A stretch of DNA of 63,807 nt, counting the filler, from Octopus bimaculoides (lineage: Eukaryota): NCBI RefSeq assembly GCF_001194135.2. It is 5 parts of 5 records of this genome, joined end to end, with 100 filler letters (N's around TTAATTAATTAA, not from the genome) between each part and the next. Parts side by side here need not be neighbours in the genome. Positions count along the whole stretch, not along the records: positions 25,197 to 41,498 come from NC_068995.1; positions 41,599 to 60,613 come from NW_026411418.1; 3 more parts are not named here. One strand, 5' to 3'. How positions within the stretch are numbered: position 1 is the first letter of the stretch; the number at the start of each line of letters is the position of its first letter. The translations under genes and the position numbers were made by a program. This document shows positions 38,401 through 51,806 of this stretch, in pieces. The notes beneath the pieces are model-generated. The model worked only from the letters and a program-made list of their open reading frames with translations, was not told where the DNA came from and ran no database searches.

Positions 38401-39296
38401 TGTTTTGTTTAGGTATATCTACATTCTGAATTCAAATCCTGCTAGAATCAATTTTTGCCTTTTATCCTTCTGGGTTGATAAAAATAGTGGCAGTTAAATA
38501 GCTGGTTCGTTTGTCTCCCTCAAAATATGTGGCCTAACGTCTAGTTTTAAATTGCTGATGCAATTCAATAAATTAAAGCTTTTAAGGATCTATAGAAAAT
38601 AATTGTTTTAACTTTTAAAGTTGGAGTACATTATTGTTTTAACAACTTTTATATTTTCTTTTATCATTTTGCATGTATCTTAAGTTACTTACTCTCAGTG
38701 TTGTTTTTCGTCTTCTTAAATTCGATTGAAGTTTAGTTTCAAATTTTGGACTTAGATTTAAAAGAAAGATTCTGCAGATGCACTATGATTCACATCAAAA
38801 CCCGTAGACATTCTGAAAACTCGGTGTTGGTTGAATTCAAAGACGAATAAACCTTATTTCATAAGTCACGCAATTTTGTCATTAAAACCTTATAAAGCTT
38901 TCCGAAATGCTATTGCATATTTTATCATCATCTTGTCACACACGTAAATGCACAAATATGTATATTAAGATACAAATTTGCAGTGTATAATAGACATCAA
39001 AGATAGTACGTCACTGAGAAACAAATAACATCGTAGACATAAAATATCCCAAAGCATTTTATGTATTTTACTTCATAGGTCAGCAGTTAGTTGTTCTTCG
39101 ATGCTGTTTCGAAACTTGTATGGCAGGAACAAACCTGTTTCATTGAAATGAAAACTGAAATAGATTTTCCCACGCACAAATAATGTAATCGTGACATCAG
39201 CAATTCATCCAGCCTTCTATCTAAAAATATTACTACTTATCATCTTATCTATTATCTATCTCTCCGCATGTGCACACACACACACACACACACACA

Positions 39297-39336
<40 letters not shown>

Positions 39337-39819
39337 ATCTAATACATAGATATACACCCATATATACATACATATAAACATGCATACATGACTATACATA
39401 AATACGTACCCTTATAAATGCATATATATAATGTATATATTATATATTATATATATGTATATATATATGAAAAATAGAAGTTCGTTCAAAATGCACTGAG
39501 AATAGTTTAAAACATTTTTATTATTGTATTTAAAAATTTAACGGGTTTCACAGTTCACACTGATTTTCAAAAAAGTTGAAATAGAAAGACGTGGCTTATG
39601 TTGTAACTGTCTTGCTTCTGACTAGCGTTTGAAGCTTGCCCTATTTTTATAGGGAGTTCCTGGCTCAAATTAGTATATATTTTGAATAGTACTTCATTGG
39701 TAGAGAATAGTCATATGACTGGTCTAAGAAATTTCTGTTGGCTCCCCGCTACGTCCGTATGTTAATATCAAGTGACAATGTTTGGCGTCGTAAGTTAAAG
39801 CTGATGCAGTTGACTGAAC

Positions 39820-40760
39820 ATGCCTAGTGATAGTACCAAAGCTTTAGATAAATTTTGTGATTTCATATCTACCTTACCTTACAAAGAACTTCTACACCCT
39901 AAAATCAAGCCCAATACCAGTCGAAAGGAAATTAACATTATAATTAAGGAAGCAGATAAGGGAAGTGTTATAGCTATTATGGATATTGGACACAACAAAA
40001 GAGATACACTATCTATATTACAAGATACAACCTTCGAAAAGGTAAACGATTACCAAAAACCAGAAACAATGACTAAACTGAACACACACTCATTCACAGA
40101 CATCAAAAAGGTTTAACAAACAAAGAATGTGACTACCTAACCAATTTTGATTCCAAGACTAGCTACTTATACGCTCTCCCCAAATCCATAAGAATCAAAC
40201 TATTAAGAACCAAATTCAAGTTGCATGAACATACAATATCCCTTAAATTTAGACCAGTCGTAGCAGGCCCGAAGTGTGGAATACAAGGGCTCAGCAACTT
40301 TTTAGATATATTACTGAAACCTATTTTAAAATACATACCAAGCCTTGTAAGGGACGGTCTGAACCTGTTAAACCACCTCCCAAAATCCATAAACAATAAT
40401 ACCACTATTGTATCTTTTCATGTGGTAAAGCTCTATGTCGCAATCCACACCAATATGGACTGGAGGCAATAAATTTCTGGTTGGAGAAATTCCAGACAGA
40501 ATTGAAAACAGCTTCATCACTGAAGGAGTGAAGTTCATCCTCGAAAACAACGTTTTGGGCTTGGATGGCAATATTTACAAACAGATATTTGGGGCCTACG
40601 ATAGGGATAAAAGTTGTTCCGACTTACGATTATCTAGTCATGGCATACATAGAGGTTCATATATATGGACAATTAAAATATGGCTTGAACTTCCACAAAT
40701 ATCTACTAGAAAACTGGAAACGTTACCGAGATGACTGTCTAATCCTATGGACGTACACAT
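39820..40760 (+). pseudogene. Penelope-like reverse transcriptase fragment
   Basis: IIIKEADKGSVIAIMD, PKIH...FRPVVAGP...LSNFLDILLKP, VSFHVVKLY, FILENN and WKRYRDDC, spread over several frames. Confidence 0.88.
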
Positions 40761-40894
40761 TTGAATAACTTATAGATTTCTTGTTCGTTGTTAACACAAC
40801 GTCTCGGTTGATATACCATGCAGCCTTCATCAGGTGTCTTGGGGTAATTTCGAACCTGGGTTCTCATTCCTAAGGTATTTTTTCGATGTTGTTG

Positions 40895-40930
<36 letters not shown>

Positions 40931-41008
40931 TCAATGCCTGGAATCGAACTCGGAATCTTGAGGTTAGTAGCCCACGCTCTTAGCCACTACGCCATATGCC
41001 CGTGGGCA
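40757..41008 (-). mobile_element. tRNA-hammerhead SINE (copy B); hammerhead motif at 40793-40838
   Basis: Reverse complement reads TGGCGTAGTGG...GTTCGATTCC-(AAT)n-...GACAC CTGATGA A GGCTG loop CAACC GAGA CGTT GTGTT. Confidence 0.85.
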
Positions 41009-41349
41009 GTACACATCCTATGACGATGCTGTAATAAAGCAGATAAAAGTTATATTTGTATAAAGCTTACTTCCATCTGCTGGACGGATAGATATAGATT
41101 TTTCTTTCCTCTTGTTTTGAAATGTTTAAAGTTCTTGTGGCTTAAGTTGTGCTGATTGAAAGAGTGTATATATATCAGCTCGCGACAATATGTGTATCAA
41201 AAAACAGAAGTGAAGGTTTGCTATATGAGAGGGAAAGTATTTTTTTTTCTACCAAGACACCTGTTTCCAGTGGCATACATTCGTATAGGAGGGGTATATA
41301 TGTGTGTATAAATGTGTGTGTGAATGTGTATGTGTGTGTGAAATATATG

Positions 41350-41498
41350 TATGCATGTTTCCCAAAGTCCCATTGCGTAGTACCTTGGGCAAGTGTCTTC
41401 TACTATAGCCTCGAGACTACAAAAGCCTTGCCTTGTGAGTGGATTTGGTAGACGGAAATTGAAAGAAGCCCGTCGTGTATATATATATATATATATAT
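41350..41498 (+). mobile_element. SINE S3 fragment
   Basis: CCTTGGGCAAGTGTCTTCTACTATAGCC...GAAAGAAGCCCGTCG. Confidence 0.75.
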
Positions 41499-41656
41499 NN
41501 NNNNNNNNNNNNNNNNNNNNNNNNNNNNNNNNNNNNNNNNNNTTAATTAATTAANNNNNNNNNNNNNNNNNNNNNNNNNNNNNNNNNNNNNNNNNNNNTA
41601 TATGGATACATATGTATATATAAAACATGGTTGTGTGCATATACGCATATATAAAA

Positions 41657-41706
<50 letters not shown>

Positions 41707-41782
41707 TATATACATGCACACTTATGTACATAGCTATATGTGTATATGTATGTTTGTGTGAATGTATCAGTATGTTTGTATA

Positions 41783-41821
<39 letters not shown>

Positions 41822-42005
41822 GTGTGTGCGTGTGTGAATTTCTGATATTATGTGTGTGTGTGTGTGTGCATGTGTCTGTATGCGTGTGCATGTACGTGTA
41901 TGTGTACATATACGTATGAATGTGTGTGTATATGTTTGTGTATGTATCTCTGTATCTCAATATTTATTTTGTACATCTCTATATACGCATGTATATGTGT
42001 GCATG

Positions 42006-42076
<71 letters not shown>

Positions 42077-42573
42077 ATAGCTGTGTGTGTGTGTGTGAGG
42101 TGTTTACTCACCTTTATCCTATTTTCCTGGTGATGAGAATATTCCCAAATCTTATACAACTTTATTGTTTCTCATTAACTTACTTTACATTGTCTTGTAA
42201 TTAACCATTAATTAAAGCCAAGGCCACTGAAACAACAACAAATGATCTACGTGATACTTGACTTGCAAGAAATAATAGCCAACTGTCAAGAAATCGGGGT
42301 TCAAATTCGAATATATAATGATATGGCTCTGAGTGCACAGATGACAAAGAAAAAGACAGGAAGGTCATGTTTGGATTTTATGTTTGCAGTTGGATTGGAT
42401 GGTCATGGCTGGGTTGTATTTGATTATAGGTTTGCTCAGATAGGGTCCTCTTGAGCATAGATCATACACAGATACATATAGAAAAATAGATATATAGGTG
42501 ACAGTGATCTCAAAATTGTGGAGGGAAGATGAGGAAGGGGTAAGACCCTTGAGGATGTGGGATGAACTGTTTT

Positions 42574-42853
42574 CATCATCATCATTTAACGTCCGCTTTC
42601 CATGCTAGCATGGGTTGGACGATTTGACTGAGGACTAGTGAAACCAGATGGCTACACCAGGCTCCAATCTGATCTGGCAGAGTTTCTACAGCTGGATGCC
42701 CTTCCTAATGCCAACCACTCAGAGAGTGTGGTGGGTGCTTTTTACGTGTCACCCGCATGAAGGCCAGTCAGGCGGTACTGGCAACGGCCACGCTCAAAAT
42801 GGTGCATTTTATGTGCCACCCGCACAAGAGCCAGTCCAGGGGCACTGGCAACG
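42574..42853 (-). mobile_element. RTE-LINE 3' UTR copy or RTE-tailed SINE, ending in (GAT)n
   Basis: Reverse complement of ...AACCCATGCTAGCATGGAAAGCGGACGTTAAATGATGATG. Confidence 0.8.
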
Positions 42854-42901
42854 ATTGATTTTAAAACATGTATTATTTTCTTTTTTTGTTTTTGTTTTCA
42901 G

Positions 42902-43041
42902 AAATCGAGACGTGTGCGGCCAAACTGAAAGAATTGGAGATGATAGGAAGGGCTGACATTACCAAGAACAGCTCAGCACCTGAAGACAATAAATCCAAGC
43001 CAGATGGAGGGCCAAGTTGTAGTTCTTACGATCTGGTTTGA
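42902..43041 (+). CDS. Candidate exon (phase 1 entry: EIETCAAKLKELEMIGRADITKNSSAPEDNKSKPDGGPSCSSYDLV*)
   Basis: Very strong pyrimidine tract ending TTTTCAG and a 45-codon protein-like frame. No strong donor was found, so the 3' end is uncertain. Confidence 0.4.
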
Positions 43042-44970
43042 TCTGAATCTCCAGATAGATAGCAATAGAGACAACATTATTATATACAGAGTGACCAGTA
43101 TTGCTCAGAAATGAGCTGTATGTATGTATGTGTGGATGTGTATAAGTAACTTGGGGCAAGAACGTCTCTGAAAATTCATTTTCTCTACTTTCATCTTGAC
43201 TTTTATCGACCCAATATGGGTGATGTAAGCGATGAGCATGGTGAATGATTTCATCAAAAAAATCAAAGAGCTAGAAAGCTACTACAGTGGCAGACTTAGA
43301 CCAAACATTCTGACGGACTACTGCTGGTTTTTGAAATGAGAAACAGACATGCAGCATAAGCATAAAAGAAAACGCCAAAGCTATTTTTGAAAAACATGAA
43401 ATTAATAATATTCATTTTACACTTTTGTTTTGCATTTGATTTGTGTTTTGTTTTAGAGCTACTTGTCCACCTAGTTGCTATTGTTCTGATACCAAATAAT
43501 GGTAATTTATGCTTAAAATTACATTCATTTTATTTGTCATGAATTTTCACATTATTGCAATTTTGATAGCAGCATAATAATGATAGCGCAAAAACGTGAC
43601 ATGCTAGAGCAAAAATGATTGCAGATTCAGAATCAGCGCTCCCAAATTACCTTTGCGCACTATTTTGTCTGATAGTAAGTAGCAAAAATTTTGTTGCCTA
43701 GTGTAGTAGGCCTATCTCACAACTATTGTATTTGTTAGGCAAACTAATGGACCGAATCACAAAAAAACTTTAGGAGAGTAACAATAATAAGCCTGTAGTG
43801 GCGTAGCCAAATCTTGCTTCAGGCGCCCACTACAATCCTTTCCTTTTCCGTGCTACGCACTCAGGGGGGAGCCATTGTAGTGGCGCGAAATTATGGTTGC
43901 CATTAAGGAAGTACAATCTATGCATACGCAAGGGACTTGGCTTTCCAGAAGCCCCTCGAGTGTGCATGCGTAGTAAAACCAGTACTTAAAGCACTTCGTG
44001 CACTTTCTAAGCCTCTTTAGTGTGATGCTTTTGACATGACAGCTACTTGCTCCTTTGGCATGCCTCAACCAAGCTCTTAATATTCAGATGCCGAATCCAA
44101 GTTAACCCACGGCTGCTAGGCTGAATGACACAGGATTTGTAAGACCAAGCATCACGAAAAATAAAATTTATTTTTATTATGTTGTTAATTGTTCTACTGT
44201 TTTCTTAATATATAATTTTGTTGAAAGGTGACAGAGAGAGATTAATGTCTCTATTGCAACTATCAACCTTTTACAAGCCTTTCTCTCAACTACCATATTT
44301 GTTAGGCAAAGTTGTGGACAAGATCACAAAAAAATTCAAGAGAATAGCAATAATTGGTTTATCCCCCAAATACTGTATTTGTTGGGCAAATTATTGGACA
44401 GAATTGGCTGCATTTTCTCTTTCTGTGTGTGTCGTTCATTATGGTTTTACTGAGAATCCAGCAAAAATGACATTTAATCTATTCCGATCTTAGTAAGAAT
44501 GCAGTGAAACAGGGTTAACTTGGTACACCAAATCACAAGAATATTTGGCATTTTGCTGCAGTTTTTAGAAGAAGGCCAAGCGATCGCCAAGAGGCTACCT
44601 CCGATGCTCCACTGCCTCCTGGTTTGTTTCAAGGCGAAAATTAGTGATGTAAATGAAATAACGACAGAAAGTAAGACTTGCATTTGGACATGGGTTCGAA
44701 ACGACACTGAGAACATTGTACAGCTGAAGGTGATCTAAACGTAACTATATAAAGAAAACACACCTGTCGAAAAAAAAAAAAAAACAGAAGGAAAAATATC
44801 AACCAACAATTAAAAAAAACAGAAAATATGAGGAAGATGTTTTTCTTCTCGTGTCAATTTCCTAATTGGGATTCATTAGCAGAGGTATTTCTTTCCTAGA
44901 TTAATTAATTAATTAATGCTACATATTTACATACTAATGATGAACACAAATGCCTATTTGTATAATAATC

Positions 44971-45047
<77 letters not shown>

Positions 45048-45124
45048 CACATATATATATATATATATGTATATACTTATATACACACATATATACATAC
45101 ATAAGTATATATTACTGTGTATGC

Positions 45125-45183
<59 letters not shown>

Positions 45184-45469
45184 CATGTAAACATACCTTC
45201 ACATACATATATACACATATACATATATATGCATACATATGTATATTTATATTGTGTATATATATATATGGGTGTGTGTGTGTGTGTGTATGTATATAAT
45301 GTATGCATATTTACATAAACACACATATGCATGCTTATAATTTGAAAACCGCATCAGTTGTTTCTGCGTGTGATTAGAATATACCACAGGTGTACATTGA
45401 GTGGCCACCCACCACAAGAGCCTCACATCACGTAAGCCATTCGCAAACATGTTCACACCATCTTCATTA

Positions 45470-45510
<41 letters not shown>

Positions 45511-47797
45511 TACACACATGTGCACTTACCAACCACAGAGACCTTCCCACACGTCAGGCATTAACTGTTTGGCTATAGAAAAGGTAAAACAATAGACTTC
45601 CAACGTATATAATTATAGATATTTTTGTGTCCTTCGTACACAATATGTTCAGAGTAAGTTTTTCTCAGTGAGACATGAATATTTTCTTGGTATTTTTGGG
45701 GGAAAAATTTCCACTGGTTTTCAGGATGAGTTTCTGATGTTATGTCAGGAATTATGGCTGGGATAATTGAGAGANNNNNNNNNNNNNNNNNNNNNNNNNN
45801 NNNNNNNNNNNNNNNNNNNNNNNNNNNNNNNNNNNNNNNNNNNNNNNNNNNNNNNNNNNNNNNNNNNNNNNNNNNNNNNNNNNNNNNNNNNNNNNNNNNN
45901 NNNNNNNNNNNNNNNNNNNNNNNNNNNNNNNNNNNNNNNNNNNNNNNNNNNNNNNNNNNNNNNNNNNNNNNNNNNNNNNNNNNNNNNNNNNNNNNNNNNN
46001 NNNNNNNNNNNNNNNNNNNNNNNNNNNNNNNNNNNNNNNNNNNNNNNNNNNNNNNNNNNNNNNNNNNNNNNNNNNNNNNNNNNNNNNNNNNNNNNNNNNN
46101 NNNNNNNNNNNNNNNNNNNNNNNNNNNNNNNNNNNNNNNNNNNNNNNNNNNNNNNNNNNNNNNNNNNNNNNNNNNNNNNNNNNNNNNNNNNNNNNNNNNN
46201 NNNNNNNNNNNNNNNNNNNNNNNNNNNNNNNNNNNNNNNNNNNNNNNNNNNNNNNNNNNNNNNNNNNNNNNNNNNNNNNNNNNNNNNNNNNNNNNNNNNN
46301 NNNNNNNNNNNNNNNNNNNNNNNNNNNNNNNNNNNNNNNNNNNNNNNNNNNNNNNNNNNNNNNNNNNNNNNNNNNNNNNNNNNNNNNNNNNNNNNNNNNN
46401 NNNNNNNNNNNNNNNNNNNNNNNNNNNNNNNNNNNNNNNNNNNNNNNNNNNNNNNNNNNNNNNNNNNNNNNNNNNNNNNNNNNNNNNNNNNNNNNNNNNN
46501 NNNNNNNNNNNNNNNNNNNNNNNNNNNNNNNNNNNNNNNNNNNNNNNNNNNNNNNNNNNNNNNNNNNNNNNNNNNNNNNNNNNNNNNNNNNNNNNNNNNN
46601 NNNNNNNNNNNNNNNNNNNNNNNNNNNNNNNNNNNNNNNNNNNNNNNNNNNNNNNNNNNNNNNNNNNNNNNNNNNNNNNNNNNNNNNNNNNNNNNNNNNN
46701 ATATATATTTATACATTATGTATTTGTGCACATGGCTAATAGCATTACTTCAGATGTATTATATGGAAGAGAGATCTCTCAACGGAGTCTAATCTTTTTC
46801 TAACGATTACTCTATCCTCTTAGAAACGCCTGCAATATTAATGATGTGTAAGAAAGCATTAGCACTTCTTGATATTACACAAACACTCGCAAACGCATAC
46901 CTATATGTGTATGTATGCGCATATGTGTGTGTGTGCATGTGTGTGTTTGTGTGTGTGTGTGTGTATATTTATATGTGTGTGCATAATATAGATTACTAGC
47001 AGAGGCACACGGCGTTGCTCGGGAATGAAATTGTTGCTTATATACATGAAGAAAAAAAGGCAAAATATGCTGTATAGAAATTTGAGAGGACATTCTGTAG
47101 ATGGACTCTCAGATGAATGATGGCTGGGCGCCCCTCATGAATGGGGAAAATTGAAGATGTGCCAAAAAGCCTTATTGGTACTTGGAAACTTTTACGAAAA
47201 TTAAAATGGGGATTAAATGAAAAAAATGATTTATGTGAATATCCTCACAAGAGTTGTTGAAATAAATGGCGATTGTGGAACCCCCCACGCACGCGCGCGT
47301 GCATACACACGTGTGTCTTTGTAAATATGTTTGCATACATTCATGTATGTGTGTGTTTGTAAGAGACAGAGTGTGAGTGAGTCAAGGGTTGTGTGTGTGC
47401 GTGTGTATGTGTGTGAGACAGAGTGAGAGAGCGGTGTGTATGTAGTATTTACTCTCTCTCTCTCTCTCTCTCTCTCATACACACGAACACACAAAACAAA
47501 GAGTGAAGCTTTTTTGCAGTTGTTACGTCAATACCAGAAGTTGACATTGAGGAACCTTTTTAAAGAAGTAAATCTTAAATATAAAGCAATATTATTTATT
47601 TTTAATCAAAAAAATCAAATGAAGAGCCTAACATTTATCTGAGGTCAAGTTATTCACGCATCACAAGTATGGAAGCATTTGGTGAAGTCGATTTCACATG
47701 AAAAGCGATTACACACACATCTCTGTTTTATATATAGTATAGATAAAAGTTTACATGTAATGTGTACTATATATATATATGTATATATATAAGTTAA

Positions 47798-48213
47798 GAG
47801 TCAAAGGCAGGTGCTATTCAAATCTTTATACTTCCGACATGTTTCATAGAAAACATTGATATTATTCCACTTTTAAGCTTTGTTCCCATTCATCTTTCAC
47901 ACTACATTTCTCTACTCTTAATTTTCCATTAATTTCTTTCTTTCTCCTCCTTCTCTTTCTCTAAATTACTCTTGATGTTAAATCTATTAATGGTTGTTAA
48001 GAAAAATAACTTTGACAGCATTCCCCTTCATCATATATACGTGGAATCACATTCGGTTAAAATGGCTTATTAATATGTTTTGTTTCCCTTTCTTTCCCTG
48101 ACAAAGTAATTGCATTGTTTTACATCATTTTATCACGTCTGGAATAATATCAATGTTTTCTTCGAAACATATGTCGGAAGTATAAAGAGTTGAATAACAT
48201 CTGCTTTTAACTC
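47798..48213. mobile_element. Foldback/MITE with ~73-bp inverted arms (47798-47869 / 48140-48213)
   Basis: The arms are reverse complements with a few mismatches and indels. No TSD identified. Confidence 0.65.
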
Positions 48214-48283
48214 CATTTCTTAATTTATCCATGTTATACAAAAACATTTCACTTAACCCTGGAACTTTTTATGTGTGTGTGGA

Positions 48284-48771
48284 CCGTAAGTCCTCGAGTA
48301 TAATCCGCACTTTTTTCCCAAAATTTAAAGGTCAAAATTTCTAGTACGTACTATATACGAGGTTAAAAATGAAAAATATTTTCTAAGCAATGTCCAAGTC
48401 TCTATTTGCTGTCCGGCAATGTTTATTCAGACGTGTTTTGTGATGTCGGGCTTGTAACTGATAGTGATAAATATGTAAAAGCAATTTACTTAATATTTAT
48501 TTTTCACTGATGTTATTACTGTTATTTCTTTATTTTCTGCAAACAAAATGCACAAAAAAGCTACACGTTTGCATTATGTTATATATACAATAATAATAAA
48601 GGACGTTACCGTATATACGTTTACAAACCAAGGACATTATATAGACCTCCTTGACTCAAGTTAGAGAAGGGGTGCGTATTATACACAACGTTTAGGTTTT
48701 TCATAGGTACAGACCCCTAAAAATCCCCTGCGTATTATACTCAAGGGCGGACTATACTCGAGGATTTACAG
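48284..48771. mobile_element. Tc1/mariner-pogo superfamily MITE
   Basis: TIRs CCGTAAGTCCTCGAGTATAATCCGC / GCGGACTATACTCGAGGATTTACAG, with TA on the right flank. Confidence 0.85.
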
Positions 48772-49122
48772 TATATATACACACACATACATACATACAT
48801 ATAATATATTGAATAGCCATGTTGAGTCGTTCCATCTGTTGAACATAGAGTTCTGCATTGACCGTTTGGTTCCGTTCAAGCAATTCGTAATGGACATTAA
48901 AGAAATAAATTGGAATTTCTTTGATCAAAATTCAACTGGGGTGGGCAGGGGTTGAATAAAATTAACAACAGAAATAATGCAATGACAACTGCAACAACAG
49001 AAACAACAACAGTCAGTGTGAAAATAATAGAGCCAAATGGAATAAATATATAGATAAATGAAAAATAATAAATAAGAGAAAAATGGTGTGAGAAAAGAAA
49101 TGTGCATGCATGCATTTGTGTG

Positions 49123-49158
<36 letters not shown>

Positions 49159-49345
49159 TGTTTGTGTGTGTGTGTGTGTGTGTGTATGTGTGTGTGNNNN
49201 NNNNNNNNNNNNNNNNNNNNNNNNNNNNNNNNNNNNNNNNNNNNNNNNNNNNNNNNNNNNNNNNNNNNNNNNNNNNNNNNNNNNNNNNNNNNNNNNNNNN
49301 NNNNNNNNNNNNNNNNNNNNNNNNNNNNNNNNNNNNNNNNNNNNN

Positions 49346-49404
<59 letters not shown>

Positions 49405-49620
49405 TGTGTGTGTGTGTGTATAGTATGAAACTTGATTCCCAGCCATATGGCTTTGGGTTCAGTCCCACTGTGTGGCACCTTGGGCAAGTATCTTCTACAA
49501 TAGTCTCAAGCAGATATATACATAAATATATATACATACATACATACACACATATATATATATTTATATATATATATTTAGATATATATATACACATATA
49601 CATATATATATATATATGTA

Positions 49621-49662
49621 CAGTAGTACCTCAGTTTTCAAACAACTCAGATCGCAGGATCT

Positions 49663-49723
<61 letters not shown>

Positions 49724-49770
49724 CACGATTTATTTGTGATCAGAGGCTCTTGTAAACTGAGGTACCACTG
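49621..49770. mobile_element. Tigger-like MITE containing (TA)n
   Basis: TA|CAGTAGTACCTCAGTTT ... AAACTGAGGTACCACTG|TA. A related extra 3' end follows at ~49798-49852. Confidence 0.85.
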
Positions 49771-50496
49771 TATTAAATGAATATGAGAAAGATAGGAGAT
49801 AAAGTACGATTTATTCATTATCGGAGTTGTTCAAAAGCCGAGGTTCTACTGTATATGCTAGTATCAATAATGTGGACACAAAATACTAGAATATTCTTAC
49901 ATATTGAAACTGGTGAAGTACAGGAGAAAACAAAAAAAAAATAGAAAACTTAAAATATTGCTGCTGAAGTTAGAATTTACTAAATAAAATTCTGAAATCG
50001 TTCATCAAAAAGTGTGTGCATTTTCTTGTGTTTTATATTGTTTTTTTTTTATGGCAATTTAAAAAAAAGTAAGTTTATATTTTTGATGTTAAAATTTCTT
50101 TGTATCAAGCTATAACAATTGTCTTATTTCTAGTGATATATTATTTTTGAAATTTTATTTTTCTTAACAAAACCCATTATCTCCAAAATTTTAAACCATA
50201 TAGTGTAAGAGTTAAGTTCATGTAGAATATGAAATGGAAATACAGTAAAAAAAAAAAATAATAATAAATTTAAAGAAACGAAAGAATGGATTTTTTTTTT
50301 AAGTTTGCACTATCAGGTGACAAACTAAGCCAGAAAAATGCTTAAAAAAAATTGAAAACTTATAAAGGAATTCAGTGCAAAGTGAAGAATTAACTCTTGA
50401 ATGTTTTAGAAGAAACTTAGGGGTCAGAATACATCCTTAATTTTGTTTAAAGGTGAAGACAGACAAAAATGTTAAGCATTTGCATATCATCATCAC

Positions 50497-50559
<63 letters not shown>

Positions 50560-51163
50560 TATCATCATCATCATCATCATAAAGAATATTTCCCTTCATC
50601 AGTTGTCCCTGTCCATCTACTCTGCGTTTCGAAGGCAAGGACAATACGCGACTTCGTTGGAACAGTCCTTCCCGCAAAGCAAACCAAATGAAAATTTGGA
50701 AATTTTTGCGGAGGGTGAAAGTGTTAACAAGAACAGCAAGACACTTATTTCTCTGTCACACTCTAACCTTTCATGCCAGCTTAACCACGCGGCCATATTT
50801 GAGTTTATTTTCTTTTTCTTTTATTCTCTATTTACTCAACTTACTGTTTTGCTTTTGCATTTCTTTTATTTTTTCAGTTTTTCTCTTTCTTCAAACTATC
50901 AAATCTTAGAAAAATACAAAATATTTGTAGCCATTATAATCACCTTCTTAAAGCTGTTCTGATAACATTAATTCCATTGAAATAAGCTCTGTTCTTTGTT
51001 AAAAAATTCCCAGTTTAATAAATCAAATCCTATTCCATATCACTGCAACACACTTATACAGGTGTTAATGAAAAAAAAAATCTTTTTATTTAATGAACAT
51101 CTTTCTAGCAGGTGACTTAAGGATAGACAGAGAATGAGGAGATTGAATAATATCCACAGTCTG

Positions 51164-51346
51164 TTATTTACATTATTTACATTATTTACATTTGACAGAT
51201 ACTTGTCTTCATCTTGTTTGTTGTTAACACAATGTTTCAGCTGATATACCCTCCAGCCTTTATCAGGTGTCTTGGGGGAAATGTCGAACCTGGGTTCTCA
51301 TTCCTAAGGTATTTTTGATGTTGTTATTATTATTATTATTATTATT
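51164..51346 (-). mobile_element. tRNA-hammerhead SINE 3' half (copy C); hammerhead motif at 51226-51271
   Basis: Reverse complement reads (AAT)n-...GACAC CTGATAA A GGCTG GAGGGTATAT CAGCT GAAA CATT GTGTT...(ATGTAAATA)3. Confidence 0.85.
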
Positions 51347-51715
51347 GTTCATTAGTTTTATTTTTATAACGTGCTTTCACTTCACTACCAAGCGCAGCTC
51401 TGCGTGCCTTGGGTATGTGCTGTGGTTTGCTGTGATGCTCTTATGGTTACTGTATTGAAAGTGTTTTGCATAGGATGTGTGCAGTACCCAGTAGTGCAAT
51501 TTTCTGTATGTTATATATATTTGTAAGTCCTGGTGTTTTTGCTATGTATTTGTCTGAATATTTTTTTTATTATACTTAAGGCGCCTACTATGATAGGAAT
51601 TGTTTCTGTTTTTAGATTCCACATTCGAGTTACCTCTATTTCCAGGTCTTTGTATTTTGAAAGTTTCTCCATTTCTTTTAGGGAAACGTTGTCATCTGCT
51701 GGTATTGATACATCA
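51347..51715 (-). mobile_element. R4/Dong-like 3' end (REL C-terminus and 3' UTR) between two (AAT)n tracts
   Basis: DVSIPADDNVSLKEMEKLSKYKDLEIEVTRMWNLKTETIPIIVGAL...IQKIALLGTAHIL. Confidence 0.88.
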
Positions 51716-51751
<36 letters not shown>

Positions 51752-51806
51752 GAGTGAGAGAGCAGGGCATGCCATCAAGGTGACACTGGGGTAAAATTTA
51801 CGAAGC
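51752..51806 (-). mobile_element. 3' end of element X abutting (AAT)n
   Basis: Matches 60307-60362. Confidence 0.7.

Noticed and set aside
43710-44355. Degenerate ~75-bp direct repeat pair (43710-43790 / 44280-44355) around a small hairpin
   Set aside because: Low identity and no clear termini or TSD. Probably old TE debris.
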